Assembly (NCBI GenBank): GCA_030390025.1
Contig: CM059441.1
Coordinates: 56,234,001 to 56,298,000 of the forward strand
Source: Squalus acanthias
Lineage: Eukaryota
Direction: 5' to 3'
Length of the DNA stretch: 64,000 bases
A model generated the notes under the pieces. It was not told the DNA's origin and did no database searches. It saw only the letters and a list, made by a program, of their open reading frames with translations. The position numbers and the translations under genes are program-made. This document shows, piece after piece, positions 24,595 through 36,959 of the stretch. Within the stretch, counting starts at the first letter, position 1; every line of letters starts with the position of its first letter.

Positions 24595-24825
24595 CATCTC
24601 GGCCCTAAGCTCTGGAATTCCTTAAAGCTCTCCACCTCCCTGCCTCTCCACCTCCCTCTCCTCCTTTAAACCCTCCTTTAAAACCCACCTCTTTGACCAA
24701 GCTTTTCGTCACCCCTCCTAATATCTCCTTTGGTTCGGTATTGTTTTTTGTCTGATTTTCTTCTGTCGTGAAGCGCCTTGGAACATTTTTCTGTGTAAAA
24801 AGATTTAATAAATTAATGTTGTTGT
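24595..24825 (+). mobile_element. L2-type LINE 3' fragment (related copies 35430-35785 +, 57530-57905 +, 60955-61215 -, 40700-41230 -)
   Basis: Shared ccctaagctctggaattcc...ccttaaaacctacctctttgaccaagcttt...gtgaagcgccttggga...ttgttgtt tail. Confidence 0.7.
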
Positions 24826-25597
24826 TTACATTTTGAAATGTCTGCAAATTTTCCCCCTTCCAATGTTCCTCCCTCCGCTTTTCGTTCAGAAGTTCCACAG
24901 GCGCTGGCAGCTCTTTGTTAAACGAATGTGTGAACCTAGACTGAATTCACCAGGCTATCCAGTTGTGGAGAGCACCATATCTGATCCTGATTTTGTCCTC
25001 AGCCAATGTTCACATATGCACAGTTTCCACTGAACAGTCATCAGAAATGGAAAACCTGCAGATTTTATTTTAATGTCTATCCTTGCAAGGCCATTGAGGT
25101 CAATTGTAGCACCTCCAACTGCTGCCCTGGCTGAGATACACTAGCTCAGCAAATTGGGTATGGAACTTGAGATCTAGTGGTCCCACATTGGCTGGTGCCA
25201 TTGCACACTTAGCAATTAGGGGAGCACTATGTGGTATTTTTTTTTAGGCTGTGATAGAATATCAATAAATTTATTGATTAATTTTTAGGCATTGACAGAT
25301 TCTTGGCTGAGATGTAGATTTGCGACCAAGTGTAGATCCTGAGTGGGAGACTAATCCTGATGTCCCTAAACTGACTGCATGATTAAGAGTGTCCCTTCTT
25401 CACTCTTTGTACTCTTCGTAATTCAGATTTATCTGGAATGGCAGCAAGGCAAAATTCACAGCGATATAGTCCACTTAAGACCTTTGGCAGCAAGGAATTG
25501 TTATATTTGTTTTTGCCTTGCCCCCATGTTGTACTGGACTTCTCACTTCTCTTCATCAGCAATGTTATGGCATCCATATCTCATCTACGGTCTTCAT

Positions 25598-28433
25598 AAG
25601 AAAAATACAACTGCACTAAAGGCACTGTATCTGAATGCGCAAAGCATTCGCAACAAAATAGATGAATTAATAGTGGAGATAGAAATTAATAGGTTTGATC
25701 TAATAGCCATTATGGAGACGTGGTTGCAAAGTGACCAAGGTTGGCAACTAAATATTCCAGGATACTTAATTTTTAGAAGAGATAGGCAAAATGGAAAAGG
25801 AGGAGGGGTAGCCCTGATAATAAAGGATGGGATAAAGACAGTAGAGAGAAATTATCTTAGATCTGAAAATCAAGAAGTAGAATCAGTTTGGGTGGAGCTA
25901 AGAAACAGCAAGGGGCAGAAAACATTGGTGGGAGTTGTTTATAGGCCCCCAAACAGTAGTTGTAATGTAGGGCAGAGTATAAATCAGGAAATTAGATGCG
26001 CATGTAACAAGGGTAATACAGTAATCACGGGGGACTTTAATCTACATAGAGACTGGACAAACCAAATTTGCAGTAATAGTGTGGAGGACGAATTCATGGA
26101 ATGTATACAAGATCGTTTTCTAGATCAGTATGTTGAGGAACCAACTAGGGAACAGGCTATTTTAGACCTAGTATTGTGCAATGAGAAAGGGTTAATTAAT
26201 AACCTTATAGTAAAGGGGCCTTTAGGGAAGAGTGACAGTAATATGATAGAATTTTATATTAAGTTTGAAAGTGATTTAGTTAAATCCGAAACTAGGGTCT
26301 TAAATCTAAACAAAGCAAACTACGTAGGTATGAGGGGCGAGTTGGCTAAGGTAGATTGGGAAATTACATTAAAAGGTATGACGGTAGAGCAGCAATGGTT
26401 AGCATTTAAAGAATTAATACATAATTTACAACAAAAATACATTCCTTTAAGGCACAAAAACCCCACTGGAAAAGTAGTCCAACTGTGGCTGGCAAGCGAA
26501 GTTAAAGATAGTATTAGATCAAAGGAAGAGGCTTATAATGTTGCCAAAAAGAGCAGTAAGCCTGAGGATTACAACAAAAATACATTCCTTTAAGGCACAA
26601 AAACCCCACTGGAAAAGTAGTCCAACCGTGGCTAGCAAGCGAAGTTAAAGATAGTATTAGATCAAAGGAAGAGGCTTATAATGTTGCCAAAAAGAGAAGT
26701 AAGCCTGAGGATTGGGAGGATATTAGAATTCCGCAAAGGAGGACCAAGAAATTGAGAAAGAAAGGGAAAATAGAATATGAGAGTAAACTAGCGAGAGAAA
26801 TAAAAACAGACTGTGAAAGCTTCTATAGGTATGTAAAAAAGAAAAGATTAGCGAAAGTAAATGTGGGTCCTTTACAGGCTGAGACAGGAGAAATTATAAT
26901 AGGGAATAAGGAAATGGCAGAGAAATTAAACAAATACTTTGTGTTTGTCTTCACGGAGGAAGACGCAACAAACCTCCCGGAAATAGTGGAGAACCAAAGG
27001 TCTAGTGAGAATGAGGAACTGAAAGAAATTAGTATTAGCAAAAAAAAAGTACTGGAGAAATTAATGGGACTGAAAGCCGATAAATCCCCTGGACCTGATG
27101 GCCTACATCCTAGGGTTTTGAAAGAGGTGGCTATAGAGGTAGTGGACGCATTGGTTGTCATCTTCCAAAATTCCATAGATTCTAGAACGGTTCCCACGGA
27201 TTGGAAGGTAGCAAATGTAACCCCACTATTTAAGAAAGGAGGGAGAAAGAAAACGGGGAACTACAGACCAGTTAGACTGACATCAGCAGTAGGGAAAATG
27301 CTAGAATCTATTATTAAGGACATGGTATCAGGGCACTTAGAAAATAATAATAGGATTGGGCAGAGTCAACACGGATTTATGAAAGGGAAATCATGTTTGA
27401 CGAATCTATTAGAGTTTTTTGAGGTTGTAACTAGCAGAATAGATAAGGGGGAACCAGTGGATGTGGTGTATTTGGATTTTCAGAAGGCATTCGATAAGGT
27501 GCCACACAAGAGGTTATTAAATAAAATTAGGGCTCATGGGATTGGGGGTAATATACTAGCATGAATTGAGGATTGGTTAACGGACAGAAAACAGAGAGTA
27601 GGAATAAACTGGTCATGTTCGGGTTGGCAGGCTGTAACTAGTGGGGTACCGCAAGGATCAGTGCTTGGGCCTTAGCTATTCACAATCTATATCAATGATT
27701 TGGATGAGGGGACCGAATGTAATATCCAGTACTATTTTTTTTACTAATACTAACATGCAGGTACAGCAAGCAATTAGGAAAGCAAATGGTATGTTGGCCT
27801 TTATTACAAGAGGATTTGAGTATAAGAGTAAAGATGTCTTACTGCAATTATATAGGGCCCTGGTGAGACCACACCTGGAGTATTGTGTACAGTTTTGGTC
27901 TCCTTACCTAAGGAAGGATATACTTGCCATAGAGGGAGTGCAACGAAGGTTCACCAGACTGATTCTTGGGATGGGGGGATTGTCCTATGAGGAGAGATTG
28001 AGTAGACTAGGTCTATATTCTCTAGAGTTTAGATGAATGAGAGGTGATCTGATTGAAACATACAAAATTCTTACAGGGCTTGACAGGGTAGATGCAGGGA
28101 GGTTGTTTCCCCTGGCTGGGGAGTCTAGAACCAGGGGTCACAGTCTCAGAATAAGGCGTCGGCCATTTAGGACTGAGATGAGGAGAAATTTCTTCACGCA
28201 GAGGGTGGTAAATCTTTGGAATTCTCTACCCCAGAGGGCTGTGGAAGCTCAGTTGTTGAGTATATTCAAGTCAGAGATCGATAGGTTTTTGGATATTAAG
28301 GGAATCAAGGGATATGGGGATAGCGCAGGAAAGTGGAGATGAGGTAGAAGATCAGCCATGATCTTACTGAATGGCGGAGCAGGCTCGAAGGGCTGAATGG
28401 CCGACTCCTGCTCCGATTTCTTATGTTCTTATG
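25598..28433 (+). mobile_element. degenerate CR1 ORF2 copy
   Basis: APE and RT motifs in broken ORFs; 143-bp tandem duplication 26428-26713; deletion of the FADD region at ~27728; TTCTTATG tail. Confidence 0.93.
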
Positions 28434-29628
28434 CACTCGTCTTTCGTGTTCTTTGACTTACAACCAGTCTTATGTGAGCGACTTTTACTTTTGTTTTTCC
28501 ACTGAAAATTCCATCAATTTTAAAGCATCAAATTACTTTGGTGACTGTGTGCTTTCTAGCTATCCTTTGTATGATAAATGGAGGAAGAGCCAGCCTATTA
28601 TTGTCAGTAATCTACCATTTTAGAACACTTCCTGTCCAACTGTCGTAAATTATTTGCAATGATTTTTTGGGGCGGAAAAACAATATGATTAACTTATTGC
28701 GTTAGTGATTTAAACTGCAAGCGCCTTGTGACAGAATAATCTCTGCTTGTAGACAATAAATGGACATGCTGAAGGAAGTCTGCTGTGAGTGAACTGCATT
28801 CTTCCTGCCCCTTAACTCTGTTGGTCTATCAGGTAGGAGGGATGTGTTACAGAAGCAGGTTATTAATGGGCCGATAAGGATACGACCCCATTTTGAGGCC
28901 GTTGCCACCCCAGGCAAAAGAGGTTAAAATCAATCCCACTCTATGGTCAGACCAGAGCACAGGACAGTTTCTGCATATGTTAAAATTCAATATATTCATC
29001 TTGAAAAAGCATGCTGTGATTACACACATTAGTTTTTAGATATCCTTTTTTAAGTACATTAATTGTGGGGTAAGATCAGTATATTAATTGTTAGATGTAT
29101 CATTGAAAAAGTTACGGTCCTTTGATGGTTGGAAGGTAAATCCCAGTGTCATTCTGAGTCTTGCACACCATGAAGTGACCAGGTTTAATATCTAGTCTGT
29201 GCTGACTTAGCTGATTACTCAGGGTTCCTGTTCCTCATCATTGTCTCGTGACTCCTGCTGGGAAATGCAGGTGTAAACATCAGGGCGGAGTGGTAATGCC
29301 CCCCCTCCTGCCATCGAATCGCCTGTTGTGGCTCACACATGAAGAATGCCCACTTGAACATGGTACCACAGGGATACCAGTGCACCCAGTGTCCAACATC
29401 ATTCGTGGGGGGGGGGCGGGGAGAAGAATTATTGACCTAATTGATAGCAATTATGCTAATAAATTGCTGGGTATTGAAGTTGAAATATGTACCATTAAAG
29501 TAGCTTTTAATTTTTTGTCCACCCTTTAGCTTTAATATTGTAAATGAATGCCCAGCTCCACCCTAAATTGATTGTGTTCCGTGGAATGGTGTCTGTATCA
29601 TTAACATTCTGCTGTGTGTTAACTGCAG

Positions 29629-29723
29629 GAGTGCCAGGTGAACCACTGCCAGTGGAAAGTGAAAAGGACATCTTCGATTACATTGAGTGGCGATATAAAG
29701 AGCCGAGTGAGCGAAGTGAGTGA
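29629..29723 (+). CDS. POLB: DNA polymerase beta, last coding exon (95 bp including stop)
   Basis: ctgcag|GA acceptor, phase 1 matching the previous exon; (G)[30 protein letters not shown], the Pol beta C-terminus. Confidence 0.97.
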
Positions 29724-29961
29724 ATGCCACCTGAGGGTCACCCACAGAACCTCTTACACAAAAAGTACTCTGCAGTTCTGTGAGAATGAGAATGCGATGA
29801 GTCCTGATAAGTGTAGGACTAGGTGAAATATTCATAAGGGTTTCTCAATTCCTTTACTCAAGAACTTTGTATATGCATATATGGTTAGTATATTGTGCAT
29901 GAAGTTAAAATGTATTTGTAGAGAAGATCAGCCTTTCCATAAGGTCCTGTGCAGTAATATC

Positions 29962-29967
29962 AATAAA
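29962..29967 (+). promoter_or_regulatory. probable POLB polyadenylation signal (a second AATAAA at 30005-30010)
   Basis: AATAAA ~240 nt after the stop, followed by a GT-rich ttggtgtgg. Confidence 0.6.
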
Positions 29968-32900
29968 GCACTTTGAAGACACATTGGTGTGGCATTTAAT
30001 AATGAATAAAATATAGAATATTAAATACAAATGTTACACACGATTAACCAATACTGTTTGTAAAACTAGCAAGACCAAAGGGATGCAGACGTATAGGTCA
30101 GCTGACCTCAAACAACACAAATACAACAACTCTTACAATTAGACTTTTACCAATGTTAAGCTAATTGTACTGATACTTTCCAAATAATGCCCTTTAGCGT
30201 GTTTGATAAATAAGTAAGTACAGTATATCGATTATATGGTTAGGAACTCATTGCAAAGCCAACAAGGGACGACACAAATCTTAGTGACCCACTCTCTGCC
30301 AGCCTTGAGTAATGTGCAGTATACACTAGGTAAAAGCTTCACAAGCATTTACTTATTCAGTGGCTGTGTGTGTCATTCATAGCTCCTGTATATATGGCAT
30401 ACACTGAATAGAGAGCCAACACTACACTCCCATCTGGTTCTCTACAACAATGTAGGTCTCAGGTAGTGAATGCTGTAAGTTGTCTGCAGCAGTACTTGGG
30501 ACAGAGCATCTGTACAATTGGTGCAAACACCATGCAACTCCTTTGTAATATAGTGTGGCAGCTCTACTAGTGCAGTGTGTGCTGTTCCTAGGATACCCCT
30601 AGTTTATTGATCTTGTTTCTTAAAATGTAGCAGACAGACATTGTATTGCAATGAGTTAAAAGATGGGCAGTTTAGAATTTAAAACTGGAGGTATGATATT
30701 GTTGGTGCAGAATTGCAGGTTTATTTTCAGAATATACAGGAAATTTTGATATGCTGCATATATTCTACTGGTGCACTGCAGCCATCACATGGAACTGGTG
30801 ATTTAGCTGTCATTTTACAATATACCGTTGAACCAAGTAGAGGAAGGTTATAAAGGTAAGTTACTGTTCTCTTATTAAAATGGAAACTGACCCTAACACA
30901 CACGATCTTGGGTTTATATTATTGTGGCGATAAATTAGAACAATCAAAATACTTTCCAACTACAATACCTTGTGTGTTGTATTATCGGGTATTTCATTGG
31001 GGTTTAAAGGGGAACTGCCGTCCACCTGGGCTTCTTCCATTGTTATATTGCTCATCGGTCATTTTGTTTCAATAAACCTGGAGCTCATAATTGTTAATCC
31101 GCATAATATTTGTAATCAAGACAGTTCACAATTTGGACCAGTACCAATCCGGGTTTATTATCGAGTTGCTGGGCTGTCACTTCCAGTTAGGCTGAGATTT
31201 TGTTTGGCTCACATCTTTGAACTGCTGAGCTGCAACTTTGAGTTGGGTGTGTTATGTGTGCTTGACTGGATCTTGTAGGCGTACTGGACTGCAACTTATG
31301 GTGGGGTCAGGGATATGGGTTGTGTCTTTTTTTGGCGCTGGAAAGCAGTTTTGGGTTAGTGAGTCAGGTAGAGTTTGATCGTGAGACCAGCTGGAGTTGG
31401 GACTGCCAAGACTCTTGATTAACTGCCAATTTTGATTATCCACCAGAAACTAATAATAGTGATGGCGCAAAATAAGGTTTGTGTGGGGAGGAGGGTCTCA
31501 AATTTCATTGAAACTGACTGGAATAACTGAATAATTATGAGTTTGGGTGGCGAACTCCAGTAAACTTCTAGATTGTTGGTATACTGATAATTGCTTTGGT
31601 TTAAGTAGTTATTTGTCAGCACTTCTATAGAATTTGCCAAACCGGATAACTGGTAACCCAGTAATTTACTCGTATCTTTTACAGGCTTGTACACATTTTA
31701 TCTCACTAATAATATATACAGAAGTTTGTTCATACGAATCCAAACTTTCTCAAACATTTTAGAAATTAATGCAAAATGGTATGAAGAGGAGCTAGCAGGT
31801 GGGGAGAAGACTGTCCTTTATTACAGGAGATTGCTGCAAGACTTCCTTGGAGGTGGGACTAAATTGTATCTGTGCTAGTTTGAAATGCAGAATTCTGACC
31901 TTGGCAAAGGTTAAATGTTATACAATATTGGGACTGGTCTGATGATGGATAGTTCATGTCCAACATGGCAGTGGAGTTGGTACTTGAAATGGGAAAAGCT
32001 ATTCTGTTTGTTGAGATGTTTACTGTCTACAGTCTCTAAACAGAACCTAGCATTGCCTAATGTGTGCTGTTTTACTGCAGAGTCCAGAACTTCCACTGAG
32101 CTCGGTTTGCTTCTGTAGAAGATAAAACATCAACACTGCCTGCTGGTGCTGAATGGCCTCTTCCTATGTTGTAACATCTATGTACTTCTATGTTTAAGGT
32201 CCTCTACCTGTGTAATATACATCTTATCATATAACGTGTGTTACGACCATTTTAAAACATGTTACATATAATGTCATTCTACAATTAACAGGCTATCGGA
32301 TTATATTGATGGTGGGGATTCTGTGCAAGTATTCTTACAAAAGGCTGCAACTTTCTGATTTTTAATTTTTAAATAGCATATAACCTGTAAACCATGCAGG
32401 TCTCGCTCCTTCTATCTGTTGCTCACTATTGCACTAAACAACCAAATCAAGAAATTTTGTTCCTGGAGCCTTCATAATGCTGCTCAGAAGTCAACTGATA
32501 TTGAAAGATGCACTTAATACTGAGCTTTATATGAAATGTTATTTTGAATAGTGGATCACTCTAAATGTACACGCAGTGTGATAGAGCAGTTGGTTGCAGA
32601 AGTAAGCCTCCATTTGCCACGTAGTGATGTTAGGGGTGGGGAGGGGGTAGACTGCCAAGCACAGACCATGGAAAGACAGAAAGTTGGAGGGCAAGACTTC
32701 TCAAGCAGCTCCATTGCACCCGCTATGGCTGGCTGTCTGGCAGGGAATGTGTGTGGTACAAAGGAAAGAGCCTGAAGAGGAAAAAAATGCAATGACATGA
32801 ATACCTCTTAGACACTACAGCATCACAGAGGCTTGGGAGAAGATCACCATGTTGGCTCAGGGCTGGAGAATGCAGCAGTAGAAGGGTGGCAAGAATTTAA

Positions 32901-33419
32901 AGTTGGGAGTATGGGGGCGAGACCCACCATGAAGGAAAGAACCTTTCTTGGTGTAATTATCCCGAATTGTTTTTGCTGCTGATGTCAGTCAAACATTGTT
33001 AATGGAGTTTCAAAAAATTAATAAGACAGTGTAAATCTTTTCTAAGTGTTATTGAATTTACACAATTAGATTTTTTTAAATTGCTGTGGCCTGTTTTGCC
33101 TTTGATACAGTAGCTATACTAATGTGAAGTGGATGCTAAACATGGAGATGATGGCAGTAGAGCACTTCAACAGACAATGGTCCAAAAAGCACAGTTAAAA
33201 TCACATTCAGACCACCATGTGTTCCACAATCTCACTGTTTTCTCAATTGTAGAACACTTCCCAAAATAAACCTAAATTAAGTTTAATTTCTTACCAACAG
33301 GAGAATTTGCTCTGCTAGTTCATTTAGTTACTGAGATCTTGGTAGGCACAGCTTTAACCCTTTGTTTACTACCTGTTTGGGAGCCTTGACTACACAGCTC
33401 TCTATCGGCTCTCTTACAG

Positions 33420-33620
33420 TAGAGATAAAACGAAAAGCAGCCAGTGCTGGAGATGTGAAACACAGCAGGCCGATGAACATCTGAAAGAGACAGGTTAATG
33501 CTTCACCTGTAGACCCTTCACCAATTCTGACAAAGGGTCCCACCTCAAAAATTAACGTGGCTTTTCTCAATTCAGATGTTGACTGACCTGCTGAATATTT
33601 CCAACATTTTCTGCTATTAT
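33420..33620. repeat. degenerate head-to-head pair of Penelope terminal segments
   Basis: Left arm resembles the reverse complement of the pLTR tail; right arm ttctgacaaagggtc...gacctgctgaatatttccaacattttctg; similar decayed structure at 57396-57530. Confidence 0.55.
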
Positions 33621-34125
33621 TTTAACACTTGTAATTGAAAGCATTTTTTGCTCCCCCTCCCCTTCCCCAAGTTAGGTTTATTTTGTTTAGTCACAAGCCT
33701 GTGCCCATTTGTACTTTATCCTCGTGTTATATGGTTCAAATTGCTTTCTGCAGACACAGCCTAAATTTGGAACGGCACAATGTCGAATTGTACTACAGGA
33801 CGTTTTTCACAGTTCAATTGGCCATAGTATGAAACTTTCACGTACTCGCCATTACTGAAATCCAAGTGAGCAATACTGCATCCGTTGGTTCTGCCATAAA
33901 CCTGTGTTCTCTGCTACTTGTTCTCGAGTCTGCTGCCTACTGGGACACCATCTTTGGTCATCAAATACTTTAATCTGTTGATTCAATTTGACACAATCAG
34001 CTAACATTTTTTCCATCACACACACTATGCTACACTTCAAGTGCTTCACCTCACAGAGTTTGTTTTAATACTTTTTGTGTCCATTTTGATGCACGGGTTT
34101 GGCATTTTCTGCTTTGTTTAATGAT

Positions 34126-34131
34126 TTTATT
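34126..34131 (-). promoter_or_regulatory. candidate DKK4 polyadenylation signal (alternative at 33677-33682)
   Basis: TTTATT on + strand = AATAAA on - strand, ~70 nt after the stop. Confidence 0.4.
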
Positions 34132-34199
34132 TTAGCTGGTGCAATAGCTGAACCTGTTAATTTTTGATGTGGTTAATGCAAGAGTTCAGGCTGGGATCT

Positions 34200-34453
34200 C
34201 TAGGCACGTTGGCAGACCCGTAGCCTGGAGTTACGTTGTGACGTGCCTTGGTTTTGGTTACGGCAGGCTAATCCTGGTCCACAGTCGCATCGTTGGAAGA
34301 TCTCCGGCCCCTGGGGGCCCTCCTTACGTCCCCGTTTCGAGCAGACTTGTCCCTCTTTCAGGACAGGCCGACAGATCTTCGACCAGAAGTGACGAGCACA
34401 GCACAATCCAGTGGAACAGTCTGATGTTCGCAAGCATGTCTCTCCTTCCAGTC
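34200..34453 (-). CDS. DKK4: Dickkopf-4, last exon (CRD2, colipase fold)
   Basis: ttgcag|GA acceptor; (G)[64 protein letters not shown]...SRLRVCQRA*; the [18 protein letters not shown] and RLRVCQ motifs are DKK4-like; adjacent to POLB. Confidence 0.92.
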
Positions 34454-34877
34454 CTGCAACATATAGAGAGCATTTCTTATCTACAGTATATGCTGACTAA
34501 AAGAAAACAATTCATTGTCACCTGATACATAGCCCGAGAGTGATCTTACAGTGAAAACTAAGGCCTCACAAGTAATTATTCATCGCAGGATGAAAAGGTA
34601 AGCACTTTGTAATAACATCTCTGTATTTTGTATTGATTTTTGCATTTTGCAATGCTCAAATAACAGCAATATGTTTAACCTTGACTGTGGTCACAGCACT
34701 AGATGGCACTAATGCAATATTGACTCGTATTAGTAGATTTGGAGAAGTAGGTATGAGGGTAAACTTCCAATAACATGCAGTTAACTCCATTTTAACTGAG
34801 TCGCATGAATATTTATTTAAGGACAAAACTGAAGGTTATACAGGTAAGTAAAGTTAGTGGTCATCGAACACTCTCTG

Positions 34878-35425
34878 GAACACAACACCTCCGTTCAGTC
34901 CGTAAGGGTGACCCCGAGCTTCCGGTCGCCTGTCACTTTAATTCTCTGCTCCAATCCCACCTCTCCATCCTCAGTCTCTTGCACTGTTCCAACGAAGCTC
35001 AACGTAAGCTCGAGGAACAGCACCTCATCTTTCGATTAGTCACTTTACAGCCTTCTGGACTCAAGATCGAGTTCAACAATTTCAGACCATAACCTCAGCC
35101 CCCATGTTTTCTTTTTTCTCTCACATGGCAGCTGTTGATGATTCTGCCATTGCCATTTACACTTCATCTAGAGTCATCTTTTGTTTCTTAAATTGTCCCA
35201 TTACCATCTCCTTTTACCTTGCACCATCATCCCTTTTGTCTTTTAATCTCTCCTGCCTTCCATCCTATCACAGACCTTCCCTTTGTTCTTTCCTCCAGTT
35301 CTGACGAAGGGTCATCGACCTGAAACGTTAACTCTGTTTCTCTCTCCACAGACGCTGCCTGACCTGCTGAGTGTTTCCAGCATTTTCTGTTGTTTCAGAT
35401 TTCCTGGATCCGCAGTATTTTGCTA
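34878..35425 (+). mobile_element. Penelope-like 3' fragment with terminal segment
   Basis: HLRSVRKGDPELPVACHFN...EQHLIFRL..LQPSGL, highly similar to 1024-1240. Confidence 0.9.
35297..35333 (+). ncRNA. minimal type I hammerhead ribozyme (Penelope-associated), intact core
   Basis: AGTT-CTGACGA-A-GGGTC-atc-GACCT-GAAACGTT-AACT; palindromic ACGT stem III, GUU cleavage triplet, stem I AGUU/AACU. Confidence 0.75.
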
Positions 35426-36959
35426 TTTTAAAATTTTCATCCTTGTTTTCAAATCCCTCCATGGCCTATCTTTGTAACCTCCTACAACCCTCTAAGATAG
35501 TGTTCCTCCAATTCAGGCCTCTTGTGCATCCCCGATTTCCTTTGTCCCACCATTGGCTGCCATGCCTTCAGCTATCTCGGCCCCAAGCTCTGGAATTCCC
35601 TCCCGAAATCTCTCTACTCCTCTCCTCCTTTAAGACGCTCCTTAAAACCTACCTCTTTGACCAAGCACCTGTCCTAATATCTCCTTCTTTTGCACAGCAT
35701 CAAATTATGTCTGACAATGCTCCTGTGAAGTGCCTTGGGACGTTTTACTACGTTAAAGTTTCTATATAAACACAAGTTATTGTTGGTAGGTGTGTACAAT
35801 GCAGGTGCATCAAGCAGGGAATATATTGTGGAGCTTTATTGGTTCACGGTATTATTTAGCAGGCTCTATGCAACATTTCAGCAAAACGTAACACAGAAAA
35901 TATCTCAGCAATGTCTCAATTGTTTGTGACCATGATTGACCTACAAATTGGAGTATGACATATTGGAGAGTCTTAAATATCAACACTCGAGTTTCACATC
36001 TCTAGAATACTCTCAATAGCCCCATGGGCAGTGAAATTGCCTTTCACAAACCTTGAAATAATTGCTTTGTTCAAGCCAAGCATGCATTGCTTAGTAATAA
36101 CATTGCCAAATGATAATTGCAGGAGTAATTATCTTTTATTTAGTCAACCAAAACATGCCAGATTGAGCCCAGTTGGCAATAAACTTTGGAACAGAGCAAT
36201 GATGCAACTCGGACTTTATATAATAAAGTTTTTCCAACCTCTCTGGGAATTAACCAACTTTTGTTCACCTTGTAGTTCTATCTAACTTGGGAATGAGCCA
36301 TTCATACCCCCCCAAAAAAATCACAGGTTCTGTTTGTGCTGAGTTGGATGGAGAGAGAGAGGCACTACAATTGGCCTAAATGCTCGTGCGCTAGGGAGTG
36401 GCAGAATGAGGGTTCCCGTTAGTGATCATGATCCAGTGGCCGGTGCTGGGTGAGAACAGGATCAGACTTGGTCGTGGTGCCTCCTGCAGCGCACTACTCT
36501 GCCGACATTGCAAATGGGCACTTGGATGAATACCAGAGGGCAACTGTTGCTCATGAAACAGTACCGTAGCAAAAGATAATAGAATTTCCACATATGTGCT
36601 TCCGATCTCCCGCTGTAACTTCAGCAGAAGATCAGAGGAAACCCGAGAAATGCCGCATGGAAACTTCCATGTGTAAATTCTTCCCTGTGTCTTCAGGAGG
36701 CGAGGGAAGAGAATTGGTTGTGATTGGGGTGGGTAGGACAGGAAAGTTTCTTTTAGAAAAAAAAGTATCTGATTCAGCCAAACAGAAACATTCCCACTTC
36801 TGGTTAAATGTACAAGAAGGTATTGGTCAGGATTGGCATTGATTCCCTATCTATAGCATGCCTTTACCTACCCAATATCTAGATAACCAATAGTGAGACC
36901 CAGGGATTGATCATAGAACTCTTGTCACTGTACACCAGTTTACTGGAATGTATTTGTCC

